Source: a virus. From it: 64,000 nucleotides of DNA. The stretch is from IMG/VR virus record IMGVR_UViG_3300046007_007030, one strand, 5' to 3'. This document shows positions 1-9,428 of this stretch, one piece after another. The notes under the pieces are model-generated. The model searched no databases, was not told where the DNA came from, and worked only from the letters and a program-made list of their open reading frames with translations. Positions within the stretch are counted from its first letter, which is position 1. Each line of letters begins with the position of its first letter. The position numbers and the translations under genes are program-made.

Positions 1-330
1 ATTGACGTTGAGATTGCCCTCTGTCTTGCCGTTGACGTGTGTGGACGTGTTGGCGAAGAGAGAGTTATTGACGTTGAGATTACCCTCTGTCTTACCGTAC
101 GCAAAAGTCGAGTTGTTGGCGAAGACTGCACTGTTGACGTTCAAGTTACCTTCAGTCTTGCCGTAGGCGAATGTCGAGTTGTTGGCGAAGACTGCACTGT
201 TGACGCTGAGGTTACTCTCTGTCTTACCGTACGCAAAAGTCGAGTTGTTGGCGTTAGTGGCAGACACCGCCGAGTTGACATTGAGGTTGCCCTCTGTCTT
301 GCCGAATGCGTGCGTGGCGTTATTCGAAGT
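1..330 (-). repeat. Coding tandem repeat, about 5 copies of a 66-bp (22-aa) unit (GKTEGNLNVNSAVFANNSTFAY-like)
   Basis: The motif ttgacgtt..g.tt.cc.tc.gtctt.ccg recurs at about 66-bp spacing; one copy also occurs in ORF 2825-4318 (STHVNGKTEGNLNVNNALTAND). Confidence 0.85.
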
Positions 331-1836
331 GAGAGTAGCTACGTTGGCCGAGAGGCCGGCAGTGGTCTGGTAGTTAGAGAGGTTACCAGAGAGCTGCGAG
401 TTAGACACCACGTTGGCTGCGGACACTGACCCGACGAAGCTGGTGTTGTTGGAAGTCCCGGTGAAGAACGTAGAGTTTACAGTCGAGTTGACGGTGCTGT
501 TGCCGAACGTGACGGTGTTCTGGAACGTATGAGTATTAGTCCAGACGTACTGAGCATTGACATTTACGCTACCACCAAAAGCAGCCGTGTTCCAGTACGC
601 CTTGGTGCCGTCGGTGAACAGCACCTGACCAGTGGTACCGACTCCGCCATTGGCCGAGATAGCATTTACCGTGAGGGTGTTGTTGACGGTAGCCCCGCCG
701 CGGACGAGTAGAGCGGCGGCATTGACCAGCGTAGAGTTGGCCGTGAAGCTCGATCCTACTTGGAAAGTCGTGGAGTTGACGACCGTGGAATTAGCCCAGA
801 ACTGGTTGTCCACTGTGAAAGCAGCGGCATTGACTGTATTACCGACGAAGAGGTTGTTGGCTACCGAGACGCTGTTCGTGGTCTTATTATATGTCAGACC
901 GGCCGCGCCGTTGGCTAATCCGGAGTCATTGAAAGTGACGTCGGTGTTAGTTCCCGGAGGCGCGGTGATGATATTGCTGATGGGTGTGATGTTTACGATG
1001 GCCGACGGCACTTCTGGCGCGAACGCTGTATTCGCGACGTACACCATCGTGACCGAGCTGTTCGCACTCGTAGCCCACATGATCTGGAACTTATCGCCGG
1101 CATTCGCGTTGTCGATGAGAGAAGTTACTGTGACGATAAAGCCGTTGCTGGCACCACTGACAGGATAGACGCCGAAGTCAGTACCGCTCTCAGGTACGTC
1201 CGTTCCATTCTTCCTGAGCCAGACCCAGACTGTCTCGTTCTTGTTAGAAGAGCTCGAGAACTGGAGACTGTAGCTGATTTGATAGACGCCGGCGTATGCT
1301 ACCTGCAGTTCATCGTTGGCCGTCCTAGTCAGCCCGTTACTGAGAAACGTATTCGCGAGCTTCGTGACAGTTGCGGTATTGGAACCGCCGGTTGCATACT
1401 GGTCAGACAGGTCATAGAAAGAACCGTAGTAGCCGGTCGTGTAGACGACATTCGCTACAGGTGGGTTCTGGTTGACCCACTTACTCAGCGTAGAATTGTA
1501 GGTGAGGACCTGCGTATCAGTGGCGCCATTGGCTGCCACGTCGGCGAGATCTTTGATGATCTGTTCTTTCCAGTACGCCCTGGAGCCATTAGAGGTCAGT
1601 ACCTGATTGTTGGTGCCGACTCCACCATTTGCCGACACTGCATTGACCGTGAGAGTGCCTGTAATTCGAGCATTCGTATTGTTAGCGCCGATCTCGAACA
1701 CGGTCGCGCCATTCGTGGAATACAGGATCCCATCGGTCATGTTCAGGGCTAGCTCGCCCGGATTCGGCAGTGTGGTGGAGTTAGCTGCGCGTCCGGATAC
1801 GGATGTGCGCTTAACCTGGATCAGGTTATTGGCCAT
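1..1836 (-). CDS. Tail fibre-like structural protein (partial, runs off the window); C1q/BclA-like domain and 22-aa repeats
   Basis: Not in the ORF track because no stop lies in the window. ATG at 1836 (MANNLIQVKRTSVSGRAANSTTLPNPGELALN) has an upstream GAGG. The N-terminus is paralogous to ORF 2825-4318; GYYGSFYD...AGVYQISYSLQF...VWVWLRKNGTDV resembles a C1q-like fold. Confidence 0.8.
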   Translation of the reverse strand, partial: MANNLIQVKRTSVSGRAANSTTLPNPGELALNMTDGILYSTNGATVFEIGANNTNARITGTLTVNAVSANGGVGTNNQVLTSNGSRAYWKEQIIKDLADVAANGATDTQVLTYNSTLSKWVNQNPPVANVVYTTGYYGSFYDLSDQYATGGSNTATVTKLANTFLSNGLTRTANDELQVAYAGVYQISYSLQFSSSSNKNETVWVWLRKNGTDVPESGTDFGVYPVSGASNGFIVTVTSLIDNANAGDKFQIMWATSANSSVTMVYVANTAFAPEVPSAIVNITPISNIITAPPGTNTDVTFNDSGLANGAAGLTYNKTTNSVSVANNLFVGNTVNAAAFTVDNQFWANSTVVNSTTFQVGSSFTANSTLVNAAALLVRGGATVNNTLTVNAISANGGVGTTGQVLFTDGTKAYWNTAAFGGSVNVNAQYVWTNTHTFQNTVTFGNSTVNSTVNSTFFTGTSNNTSFVGSVSAANVVSNSQLSGNLSNYQTTAGLSANVATLTSNNATHAFGKTEGNLNVNSAVSATNANNSTFAYGKTESNLSVNSAVFANNSTFAYGKTEGNLNVNSAVFANNSTFAYGKTEGNLNVNNSLFANTSTHVNGKTEGNLNVN

Positions 1837-1867
1837 TTGGCAACCTCAATTAGCCGTATGTACGGCA

Positions 1868-2074
1868 TTAGAATTTAGATTCGATGTCTTCTTCTTCAGA
1901 CTCGGGCTTATCTAAGCTCGAGGCTTCTAATTCTTTTACTCTCTCGATCAGCTTCTTGTTGGCCGCCTCGAGAAGGTCGATCTGCGTCTTCATCATCAGT
2001 CTCAGCTTAGTCATTTCTACGACTTCAGCCAAGACGTTTTCTACGTATGTATTGAAGAACTCATTGTTGTTCAT
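1868..2074 (-). CDS. Small coiled-coil hypothetical protein
   Basis: 68-aa ORF, co-oriented and tightly packed with neighbours; heptad pattern. Confidence 0.7.
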   Translation of the reverse strand: MNNNEFFNTYVENVLAEVVEMTKLRLMMKTQIDLLEAANKKLIERVKELEASSLDKPESEEEDIESKF

Positions 2075-2076
2075 GC

Positions 2077-2793
2077 TTATTCACCCTTATGATCTATTGA
2101 TTTCTTGATGTTCTTGTGGTCTGTACCAAAGATAGCGGCTATCTTTCTATATGATAGTCCCTGACTCTTTAGTTCTAGATATTTATCTCTTGGCTGCGAG
2201 TTAGCCCATTCTACATGAATCTGATATGGACCCGGAGCGAAGTACTCTCCACACGTTTCACATTTATGAGTTTTATGTCTACTTCGATCTGCTATCTTAG
2301 ATCTGGCTTCCTCGGTGTGCTTGTAGCCGACATTGATCTTAGAGATCTCTGAGCGTCTCTCAGGAGTCATCTGGATAGAGACGCTGGCAGAGATCTTCTT
2401 CTTGGTTTCTTCGGATACTACTCTACCTTTAGACCACTGACCCCAGTTTGGATTGGATCGATGAGACAGAGAGATCTTTTCACCCACGGTCAACCTAGAT
2501 GATTCATCGCTAGACCAATGCCCAAAACGATAATTATGTATATTGTAGTATCGAACACCTTTTAATTCTTCTGGCTTCATCATCTGCAACCAGCGGTGCT
2601 CTATCTCATTACTTTTACTTCTATCGTCATATCTCTCAAGGATCTTTCTTTTGAAATCCTGAGGTCTTTTTTTATAAGCTTGAAGCATCCAGGTTGATGA
2701 ACAGATATATCCGTCATTTTCATCCCCCCAATGACATCCAATGTAGTATCTCTTGTGCTTCTTATCCATCCAAATGTAAATGAAACCAGACAT
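2077..2793 (-). mobile_element. Free-standing GIY-YIG (Seg-like) homing endonuclease with NUMOD3-type DNA-binding repeats and a C-terminal HTH
   Basis: GFIYIW...YYIGCH motif, SEETKKKIS and HTEEARSKI repeats, LSYRKIAAIFG HTH; visibly more AT-rich than its flanks. Confidence 0.85.
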
Positions 2794-2824
2794 GAATAGC
2801 TCCTTTTGGAACTATTTATACAAA

Positions 2825-4318
2825 CTAGAAAGTGCCTCCGTCCAGCGATCCCCAATACGGGGCGACAGAAGAGGAGTTTACCTGTAGTATATACCCGTCA
2901 GTACCGAGACCTAGTTTGCTCAAGGCAGAACCGGTGTTGTAGTAGAGCATGTCGCCCTGAGTGTAAGTAGTCTGCCCCGTACCACCTGAGTTGCTGTTAA
3001 GCGCGGTAGTCAGAGTCATGCCATTTGCAGTGATCTGCGAAGAGACCGTGGAGTTGGCCGTTATATTGACGGCGGTGCTGTTGGCTACGAACGCACCGGC
3101 CTTGAGATATGCCTGTAAGGTGTTCCAAGTGTAGCTAGGATCGTTCGTATTGACCGTGCCACTCGGCTCGGCGTCAGTGTGGAATAGCTTCCAGATGCCG
3201 GAGTCTGCCTGATCACGGAATAGACCGGCCCAAGAAGTGACTGAAGAGTTGCCGTACTGACCGTAGAAGCCGATGGAGAGAGCGTCAGCAGTAGTCTGCT
3301 GATCCGCCAGCTTGATCATCGAGTCCTTGACCTGCAGGTTCACGGTGTCTACCGTGGTCAGAGTGCCTTGGACGGTCAGGTTACCAGATAGGGTAGCGTC
3401 TACCGCGCTGATAGTCGTAGAGTTGACCGTGACACTTCCGACCGCGAGCCCGTCTGGCGTCAGGTTGGCCGACTTACTGGTGTTGGCGATCGTGATGATC
3501 TGAGAGTTGACCGTCAGATTCGACGTCGTATTACCGGTGTACAGAGTCGTGGTGTTGACGACTAAGTTGGCTCCGACTTTGATACCAGAACTAAAGAAGT
3601 TGTTGGTGCCAGTGAACTCTAGATTGCCAGAGAGGACGCGGCTGTCAGTGTTCTGAACGTACTTGTTGGCCAGAGTTCCGCCGAGGTACGTCGAGTCATT
3701 CGCGGTCAGAGCGTTGTTGACGTTGAGGTTGCCCTCTGTCTTGCCATTGACGTGAGTAGAGCTATTGGCCAGATACGCGGTGCCGGTGTAGGCAGTAGAG
3801 TTGAGAGAGAAAGTGCCACCGAAGTAGAGACCGCTGCTATTGACCTGAGCATTTGCAGAGCCATTACCTACGATTAGCGTATTGCTGATCGTGACGTTGT
3901 TGGTAGTCTTATTGAATGTGAAGCCGGCAGTGGCGTTGAGGAATCCAGAGTCATTGAACTGGATCTGCGTATTCGAACCAGTGACGCTGTCAGGTGGCGT
4001 GTACCAGAATGCGTTAGCACCAGAGCCACCGGATGCGAGGAGCTGATTAGCGGAGCCGAAGCCGCCGTTAGCATAGACCTTAGTAGGAACCAGATTCGCT
4101 ACTCGGATCTCATCGATAGCAGCAGAGGCATTGACCACGAGCGCCTGGTTGGCGGTCAGGGTACCAGGATTACGAGCACCGGCGATGGCCTTGAGCTGGC
4201 CGTTCGAGCCGATGTACAGCACGTCTCCATTGGCGGTGTAGGCCAATTCACCGTTGGCTAATGAGCCAGGATTAGCTGTATTCAGCGATCGCTTGATCTG
4301 GATTAAGTTATTGGCCAT
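2825..4318 (-). CDS. Tail fibre/virion structural protein
   Basis: IQIKRS...LANGELAY N-terminus, GSNTQIQFNDSG and GNLTVQGTLTTV motifs, C-terminal DGGTF; N/S/T/G rich. Confidence 0.75.
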   Translation of the reverse strand: MANNLIQIKRSLNTANPGSLANGELAYTANGDVLYIGSNGQLKAIAGARNPGTLTANQALVVNASAAIDEIRVANLVPTKVYANGGFGSANQLLASGGSGANAFWYTPPDSVTGSNTQIQFNDSGFLNATAGFTFNKTTNNVTISNTLIVGNGSANAQVNSSGLYFGGTFSLNSTAYTGTAYLANSSTHVNGKTEGNLNVNNALTANDSTYLGGTLANKYVQNTDSRVLSGNLEFTGTNNFFSSGIKVGANLVVNTTTLYTGNTTSNLTVNSQIITIANTSKSANLTPDGLAVGSVTVNSTTISAVDATLSGNLTVQGTLTTVDTVNLQVKDSMIKLADQQTTADALSIGFYGQYGNSSVTSWAGLFRDQADSGIWKLFHTDAEPSGTVNTNDPSYTWNTLQAYLKAGAFVANSTAVNITANSTVSSQITANGMTLTTALNSNSGGTGQTTYTQGDMLYYNTGSALSKLGLGTDGYILQVNSSSVAPYWGSLDGGTF

Positions 4319-4348
4319 CTTAGAACCTTCTTCTTATTGTTCTATTTA

Positions 4349-4636
4349 CTAAAACGTGCCGCCGTCGATATTCAAGACGTCTACGCCGCCGACGTCGCCT
4401 ATCTCCAGTTGCTGGACCACGTAGGTGTCGTTGGCCGAGTTATAGACCAGGGTATGCCCATTCGATACAGCCGGTGGCTCGTAGACGTCATTCAGACGAT
4501 CGAGCCTGAAGTTGAGCTGATTGAATCCGACGGTGTTCTTGATCGTGATCGGATATGAGCTGTCTATCGCCTGCTGGGTATTGGCCTTCTGAGTGACCAC
4601 CACCTTCTTCTGTCGAGTGACTACGACGTTAGTCAT
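4349..4636 (-). CDS. Small virion structural protein
   Basis: RLDRLNDV...GHTLVYN motif; ends in DGGTF like ORF 2825-4318. Confidence 0.65.
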   Translation of the reverse strand: MTNVVVTRQKKVVVTQKANTQQAIDSSYPITIKNTVGFNQLNFRLDRLNDVYEPPAVSNGHTLVYNSANDTYVVQQLEIGDVGGVDVLNIDGGTF

Positions 4637-4639
4637 GGC

Positions 4640-4969
4640 TTACCTCGTGACTTGCGGATTGATTGTCACGATGCCTTCTACGATTCTGGTGATGCTGTTG
4701 GCCGCGTCAGTCAATTCGACGTCATAGACGTACCTGCCGGCGGTGATGTTGCCGGTCTGGTTAGCCGTCAGAGACATAGTGATCTCTCCGGCTGATACGT
4801 TGATTGCGGTGGTAAATTGGACAGTCAGAGAGGAGCTGTAGCTCTTTCTGATCTGAGATGTGGCATTGGAGCTAGTGAGATCGAGGATCTCACCGTCCTC
4901 GTCGGTCAGAGTCAGGACGGTCTCGTAAGTAGCACCCTGATCTATGAATAAGTTTGCCTTAGTGGCCAT
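4640..4969 (-). CDS. Conserved virion structural protein (BppU-like/Ig-like fold)
   Basis: NLFIDQGAT...AGRYVYDVEL...RIVEGIVTINPQVTR pattern common in T4-like phage late regions. Confidence 0.7.
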   Translation of the reverse strand: MATKANLFIDQGATYETVLTLTDEDGEILDLTSSNATSQIRKSYSSSLTVQFTTAINVSAGEITMSLTANQTGNITAGRYVYDVELTDAANSITRIVEGIVTINPQVTR

Positions 4970-5022
4970 GTCCGCCTCTCAGTATTTGTATCTTAGGCTA
5001 TTTATGTTGCCGCAAAAACTGA

Positions 5023-5310
5023 CTATACCCAAGAGGCGAGTGCGGCCCTCTGCCAAGTATTAGGAGCCACGCAGACGTATATGAATCCACTGGCCCAGGC
5101 TATCTGACCAGGAGTGCCACTAGAACCGGCAGTGAGAGGTGGGCTAGAAGTCGTCAGGGTTATCGAGTTGACCGTCATGGAGAGGGTAGAGGTGTTCCCG
5201 TTGGTCAGGACTCTATCTAGATTCGTGTCCTCGCGTAGGTCCCTGAAGTTCTCGTCTACTTCTCCGTAGGTGAGAGCGCTTCCCTTATTGGTCCTGTATG
5301 TTATCGTCAT
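5023..5310 (-). CDS. Small structural protein
   Basis: KGSALTYGEVDENF N-terminal motif and GTPGQIAW...YVCVAPNTWQR C-terminal module. Confidence 0.65.
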   Translation of the reverse strand: MTITYRTNKGSALTYGEVDENFRDLREDTNLDRVLTNGNTSTLSMTVNSITLTTSSPPLTAGSSGTPGQIAWASGFIYVCVAPNTWQRAALASWV

Positions 5311-5516
5311 GAGTACTGTTCCGTGCTGCTGTTCGCCACAAAGATTCCGGACTGAGCTCCGTTAGCATTGTAGTAGATGCCTACGTAGCTGACGTGGCTA
5401 TTCCCTTCGTAGCCAGGAGTCTTCTCGAAGTAGTCTCTGACCGAGTATTCGAAGAACTCCGTCTCAGCGTCAGTGGGGGCGGAGTCGAAGGTGTATCCGT
5501 TGACCAAGTTGGCCAC
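5307..5516 (-). CDS. Hypothetical protein
   Basis: 69-aa ORF tightly packed between neighbours. Confidence 0.55.
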   Translation of the reverse strand: MANLVNGYTFDSAPTDAETEFFEYSVRDYFEKTPGYEGNSHVSYVGIYYNANGAQSGIFVANSSTEQYS

Positions 5517-5517
5517 T

Positions 5518-5814
5518 TCAGTCTCCGGCTATTACGTCTGGTGATCCAGAAGAAGAGGCGTTCGGGACCCAACTAGAGTGTCCACCAGTCGCGTCTCCGA
5601 GGCGATGAACGGGGATGCCATTGACTAACACCGATCCACTTCCGGCTACTGCCGGGTCCCCGCAGTAAGTCTTGTCGCCTATCCTGACCGTCTTCTGATT
5701 ATTCGTGATCACGTCAGACGAGCCTTGAGCATAGGCGGTCCTGTGAAACGGGTTAGGCGTAGGACTGGCGTGACCTATGTGTAGATCGACGTTTACTCTG
5801 GTGACTGGTGGCAT
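5518..5814 (-). CDS. PAAR-domain spike tip protein (T4 gp5.4-like)
   Basis: His/Cys metal ligands and repeats VRIGDKTYCG, GSGSVLVNGIPVHRLGD. Confidence 0.85.
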   Translation of the reverse strand: MPPVTRVNVDLHIGHASPTPNPFHRTAYAQGSSDVITNNQKTVRIGDKTYCGDPAVAGSGSVLVNGIPVHRLGDATGGHSSWVPNASSSGSPDVIAGD

Positions 5815-6650
5815 CAGACCTCCAGCAGGTTCCTGCTGATCTTGTAGGTGCTGCTAGCCACTGCAGGAGTAGCCCATATTCTCACCGTGGTGCCGCTGAG
5901 GTTGGCAGAAAACAGTGCCAGGTTGTTAGCGACTGACCTGAGAGTAGCGTACTCGGTCGTGAACCCGGTAGTGTCGTCGTGCATCACCATGAGCTCGGTC
6001 ATCTGATAAGTGGAGTTGGCGTTGTCCTTGATAGCTACTACGTACTTACCACCTCTGTAGGCAGAACCGCTGAAGCTGTCCACTATGCTGGCCGTGGCAG
6101 TCGATACTGTCACCGAGTTGGAGCCAATGGAGTTGTCGCTGAAGTTGATCACGTTCGACACGTTTACAGGGCCAGTCACAGTCACCGAGTTAGAGAATGA
6201 CGCAGTGTTTACGAAGGTAGAGTTGCCCTGCAGGTAGAACGTCGTGGCGAACATCCTAGTATTAGTGGCAGTGGAGTTCGTAACGATCGTGATGGCGTTG
6301 CCACCGCCTATGCCGGTGATGGCGAAGGTGTTGGCGTTGACGGTGGCATTGGCGGCGTTTATGAATACGTTCGAAGTGAGAGTGGAATTGGCACCTGAGA
6401 ACGTGACGTTAGAGACTACCGCCAGGTTGGCAGCGGTGTCTACGGTGCCGCCCCTCATCTGGTAGTTGACTACCACGGTGTTGCCGCCGATGATACCGGA
6501 GACGAACGCATTTCCGCTAGTCGTATCGCCAGCAGTGTTCGTGGCCGTGGTGACCACGTTCTTGTAGGCGTTAGCCATCTGATTAGACAGTCTCAGCCAC
6601 TGAGCAAATGTGTCAGTGGCTATGACGATCTGAGTAAAGTCTTTAGCCAT
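5814..6650 (-). CDS. Virion structural protein
   Basis: TDTFAQW N-terminal motif, beta-strand N/S/T repeats, C-terminal YRGGKYVV...TELMVMHD...TEYA domain. Confidence 0.7.
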   Translation of the reverse strand: MAKDFTQIVIATDTFAQWLRLSNQMANAYKNVVTTATNTAGDTTSGNAFVSGIIGGNTVVVNYQMRGGTVDTAANLAVVSNVTFSGANSTLTSNVFINAANATVNANTFAITGIGGGNAITIVTNSTATNTRMFATTFYLQGNSTFVNTASFSNSVTVTGPVNVSNVINFSDNSIGSNSVTVSTATASIVDSFSGSAYRGGKYVVAIKDNANSTYQMTELMVMHDDTTGFTTEYATLRSVANNLALFSANLSGTTVRIWATPAVASSTYKISRNLLEV

Positions 6651-6858
6651 TCTTTGTCTTCTCCATTAGGAGCTTCTTTAGTTCTGCCATCTCCATCTGA
6701 AGACTGGCTATATCTTCTTTCGTCTTCAGGTACTCTTTGTGCTGATTCTTCTGTAACACGAATCTGGAGTAGTCATCGTAGTTCGTATTGATGACGATTC
6801 CAGTATCCTTGTCTTTCTTATAACCTTCGACGTTCGTGTTTAAGTAAGTACGAATCAT
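6643..6858 (-). CDS. Conserved small protein downstream of the VrlC-like gene
   Basis: KDKDTGIVINTN followed by a coiled coil; this position is typical of T4-like phages. Confidence 0.65.
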   Translation of the reverse strand: MIRTYLNTNVEGYKKDKDTGIVINTNYDDYSRFVLQKNQHKEYLKTKEDIASLQMEMAELKKLLMEKTKNG

Positions 6859-9392
6859 GCGGAAACTCCGATGGATCTGATGTCTTCGACTTCTGGGATC
6901 ACGGCGGTGCTTGTCGACAACAAGACGACCTTGATAGCGAATGTATCGTATCCGTCATATACGTGCATACTGGTATTGTAGTACCTGACGACGTTGTCGT
7001 TATTGACGTTACGGAAGGCCTGGTTCTTATAACCGAGCTTGGCCATACTCTTACCCTCGCCCAACAGGCTGTCTTTAGATGTCGAGTCGTCGAGGATGAG
7101 GCTCGTGGAGTTAGTCACACTATTCACCGAGGCGATGAAGTAGTTAGTCGGGAATAGCGGATCGTAGATCTTCACGAGGTCATTAGCCTTGATGCCGGTC
7201 AGCTCGTTAGTGAACGAAGTACCCGTTCCAGTGACAGTAGTGATACTGTTCTCGAGTTTGACAGTACCTGTAGTCACGTAAGAAGTATTCGGGCTCAGAG
7301 GCACGTTGTAAGTGTATTCTCTGATGTCTTTAGTGTTGTTAGGAGAGCTGTACTGATCGCCGCCAGAGATGTTCTCCATCAGTGTCCAGTCCTTGTCGTC
7401 GAACGCCTCTGGATCTTGAGAGTTATAGAGGCGGCTGTAGACCTTGAAGTCTGTGCCAGGAGGCCTGAACGCTCTCAAGTAGACCAGCGCGTCTTCGGCC
7501 AACCTGCCAGATTCGAAGGTGACTTTCTGTGTGACGTGCTTCGCGGCCGCTCTTCCGTAAGAGGTGTGCTCGTCGGTGTAGTCGTTGTTGATCAGGTACT
7601 TGTGGAAGTACACGAACGAAGTATTAGGTCTCGCGTCTATGAAGTCATTGTTAGAAGTAGTAGTGACCACTATCATAGCGTCATTGCCGCTCTGAGTGGA
7701 CAGTAGCACGACTTCATTGGACCTAGACATGATGACAGGAGTGTTACTGTAAGACAGGCCATTCTTAACGAAGTTCTTAAGATTTCGCTGGCTAGAAGTA
7801 GCGTTCTGATTGACAGTGATCACACCGTTAGGAGCCTTGTAGTAGGCTAACTGATGCTTGAGAGTATACGTCGTACCACCGGGGTTGTTGACTCCTACTT
7901 GAGGAGTGATGGAGTCTATTTCGCAGTTGATGACGTCGACGTCTTTGATAGTGTACTTCTTGATCTCCGACTTCAACCACGGTCCTTCTACTAGAGAGAA
8001 AGTCGCGCTTGAGCCGCTGCTCAGAGTCGTCGAGTTGGCCCTCACCGCCACTACCGGTTGAGTCACCATACCAGAGCCTGCGTTAGTCAGATAGATGGCC
8101 GTGAGATTACCGCTGGCGTTGGTACGAACGTTAGCATACGCATTCGTAGACCCCGCGCTAGCTGAAGTAATTTCCAGGTAGTCATTATTGGAGTAGCCAC
8201 CGCCATTAGCGGTGATAGTCACTGAGTGAATGCTGTTGTTGACGAACCTGTGAGTCAAGTTCGCGCTCGAGTTCTTGAGGATGAGCAAGTCCTGCCTGAC
8301 TCTGTCCGGCCAGTACCAGCTAGGAGTGTTAGTCAATGAGTTGAACGACTTGGAAGAGTCGCAGAAGTCTACGAACCCTACTGGCGACACCATGAAGTTC
8401 GCGACTGAGTTAGTGAAAGTCGGCGCCCTGTCGACGATGACGCTATTTCCATCAGCCGATAGCACTCTGCAGATGTTGTACTTGGTGTTGTCGTCTGACG
8501 GGTGAGCGACGTCTTGGCCTGCAGAGACGAGGACCATATAGTTGTCGTTCGAAGAACTCGAGAAGATCGCGCTGAAGTTGGCGGTCGGAGAAGAAATGGA
8601 TGTTAAGCCTCTCTGCACGTCTATAGTGTGCACTACTCCATTGTTGCTGGCCAGTGGATTTACTTGGAATACTGGTTCGCCTTCGTGCGCCTTAGTGGTG
8701 CTCTTCGAGTGCTTGCTGTCGAATAAGATGTACTCGTACTTAGCCGGCGGCAGTGAGAACGTCACCGAGGCAGTCGAGTTAGCGACATCAGTACCGGAGT
8801 TTCTGTATCTAGCCACGAAGACTTCAAATTTTAGATCTTCGTCTGACATGGCTACCCAAGTAGCCTTATCATCGACGCCTTGATTAGCGCCGGCGCTACC
8901 TGCTGCAGTAGGATTAGAATCCTGAGTGATTCTGTCTCTAGTCTTGTAGAGATTACCGACTAGTCTATCACTATTTCCCGGTGATATGGTAGTCGTTCCG
9001 ATGTACGGCTTACCCTTCTTATTCGTCCAGAGTTCGAAGTCTTCTCTGCCGTCGAACCTGATGTACAGCGCATACATCTTATCGGTCTGGATGTAGACTT
9101 CCGCTGGAAAAACGATGCTCGTCTCCTGCGACCCGTCACCAGATCTTTTGATCTGATTATACTCCACGCGACCAAATTCAGAGACTTCTCGTAAGTCAGG
9201 AGTGCCGTCTGAGTTGACTGGAGTTATAGCGACGCTTACTCCAGGCTCGAAGATGCCGGATCTGTTTTGATCTGACGTAGTTCCTCTCTTAGGCCTAGCC
9301 TTGAAGTACAAGTCCACCTTCGATATATTGACCTGAGGAGAGCCTCTGACTTTTGCTTTGTCTATGAAGAATGTTTGCGCGTAATCATACAT
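6855..9392 (-). CDS. Baseplate structural protein, C-terminal half of a VrlC/DUF4815-like protein
   Basis: YAQTFFI...ISKVDLYFKARP, EDLKFE and C-terminal FAIKVVLLS...PEVEDIRSI motifs. Confidence 0.7.
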   Translation of the reverse strand: MYDYAQTFFIDKAKVRGSPQVNISKVDLYFKARPKRGTTSDQNRSGIFEPGVSVAITPVNSDGTPDLREVSEFGRVEYNQIKRSGDGSQETSIVFPAEVYIQTDKMYALYIRFDGREDFELWTNKKGKPYIGTTTISPGNSDRLVGNLYKTRDRITQDSNPTAAGSAGANQGVDDKATWVAMSDEDLKFEVFVARYRNSGTDVANSTASVTFSLPPAKYEYILFDSKHSKSTTKAHEGEPVFQVNPLASNNGVVHTIDVQRGLTSISSPTANFSAIFSSSSNDNYMVLVSAGQDVAHPSDDNTKYNICRVLSADGNSVIVDRAPTFTNSVANFMVSPVGFVDFCDSSKSFNSLTNTPSWYWPDRVRQDLLILKNSSANLTHRFVNNSIHSVTITANGGGYSNNDYLEITSASAGSTNAYANVRTNASGNLTAIYLTNAGSGMVTQPVVAVRANSTTLSSGSSATFSLVEGPWLKSEIKKYTIKDVDVINCEIDSITPQVGVNNPGGTTYTLKHQLAYYKAPNGVITVNQNATSSQRNLKNFVKNGLSYSNTPVIMSRSNEVVLLSTQSGNDAMIVVTTTSNNDFIDARPNTSFVYFHKYLINNDYTDEHTSYGRAAAKHVTQKVTFESGRLAEDALVYLRAFRPPGTDFKVYSRLYNSQDPEAFDDKDWTLMENISGGDQYSSPNNTKDIREYTYNVPLSPNTSYVTTGTVKLENSITTVTGTGTSFTNELTGIKANDLVKIYDPLFPTNYFIASVNSVTNSTSLILDDSTSKDSLLGEGKSMAKLGYKNQAFRNVNNDNVVRYYNTSMHVYDGYDTFAIKVVLLSTSTAVIPEVEDIRSIGVSA

Positions 9393-9428
9393 TCGTTTCT
9401 GTTCCCGTAATTACTTCATTGTTCACGA

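Noticed and set aside
1-330. Regularly spaced repeats that could suggest a CRISPR array
   Set aside because: The 66-bp period is a multiple of 3, copies differ mainly at synonymous sites, there are no unique spacers, and they lie within an open frame.
2077-2793. Group I intron around the GIY-YIG gene
   Set aside because: The flanking genes appear complete, and gaps of 2 and 31 nt leave no room for a ribozyme core.
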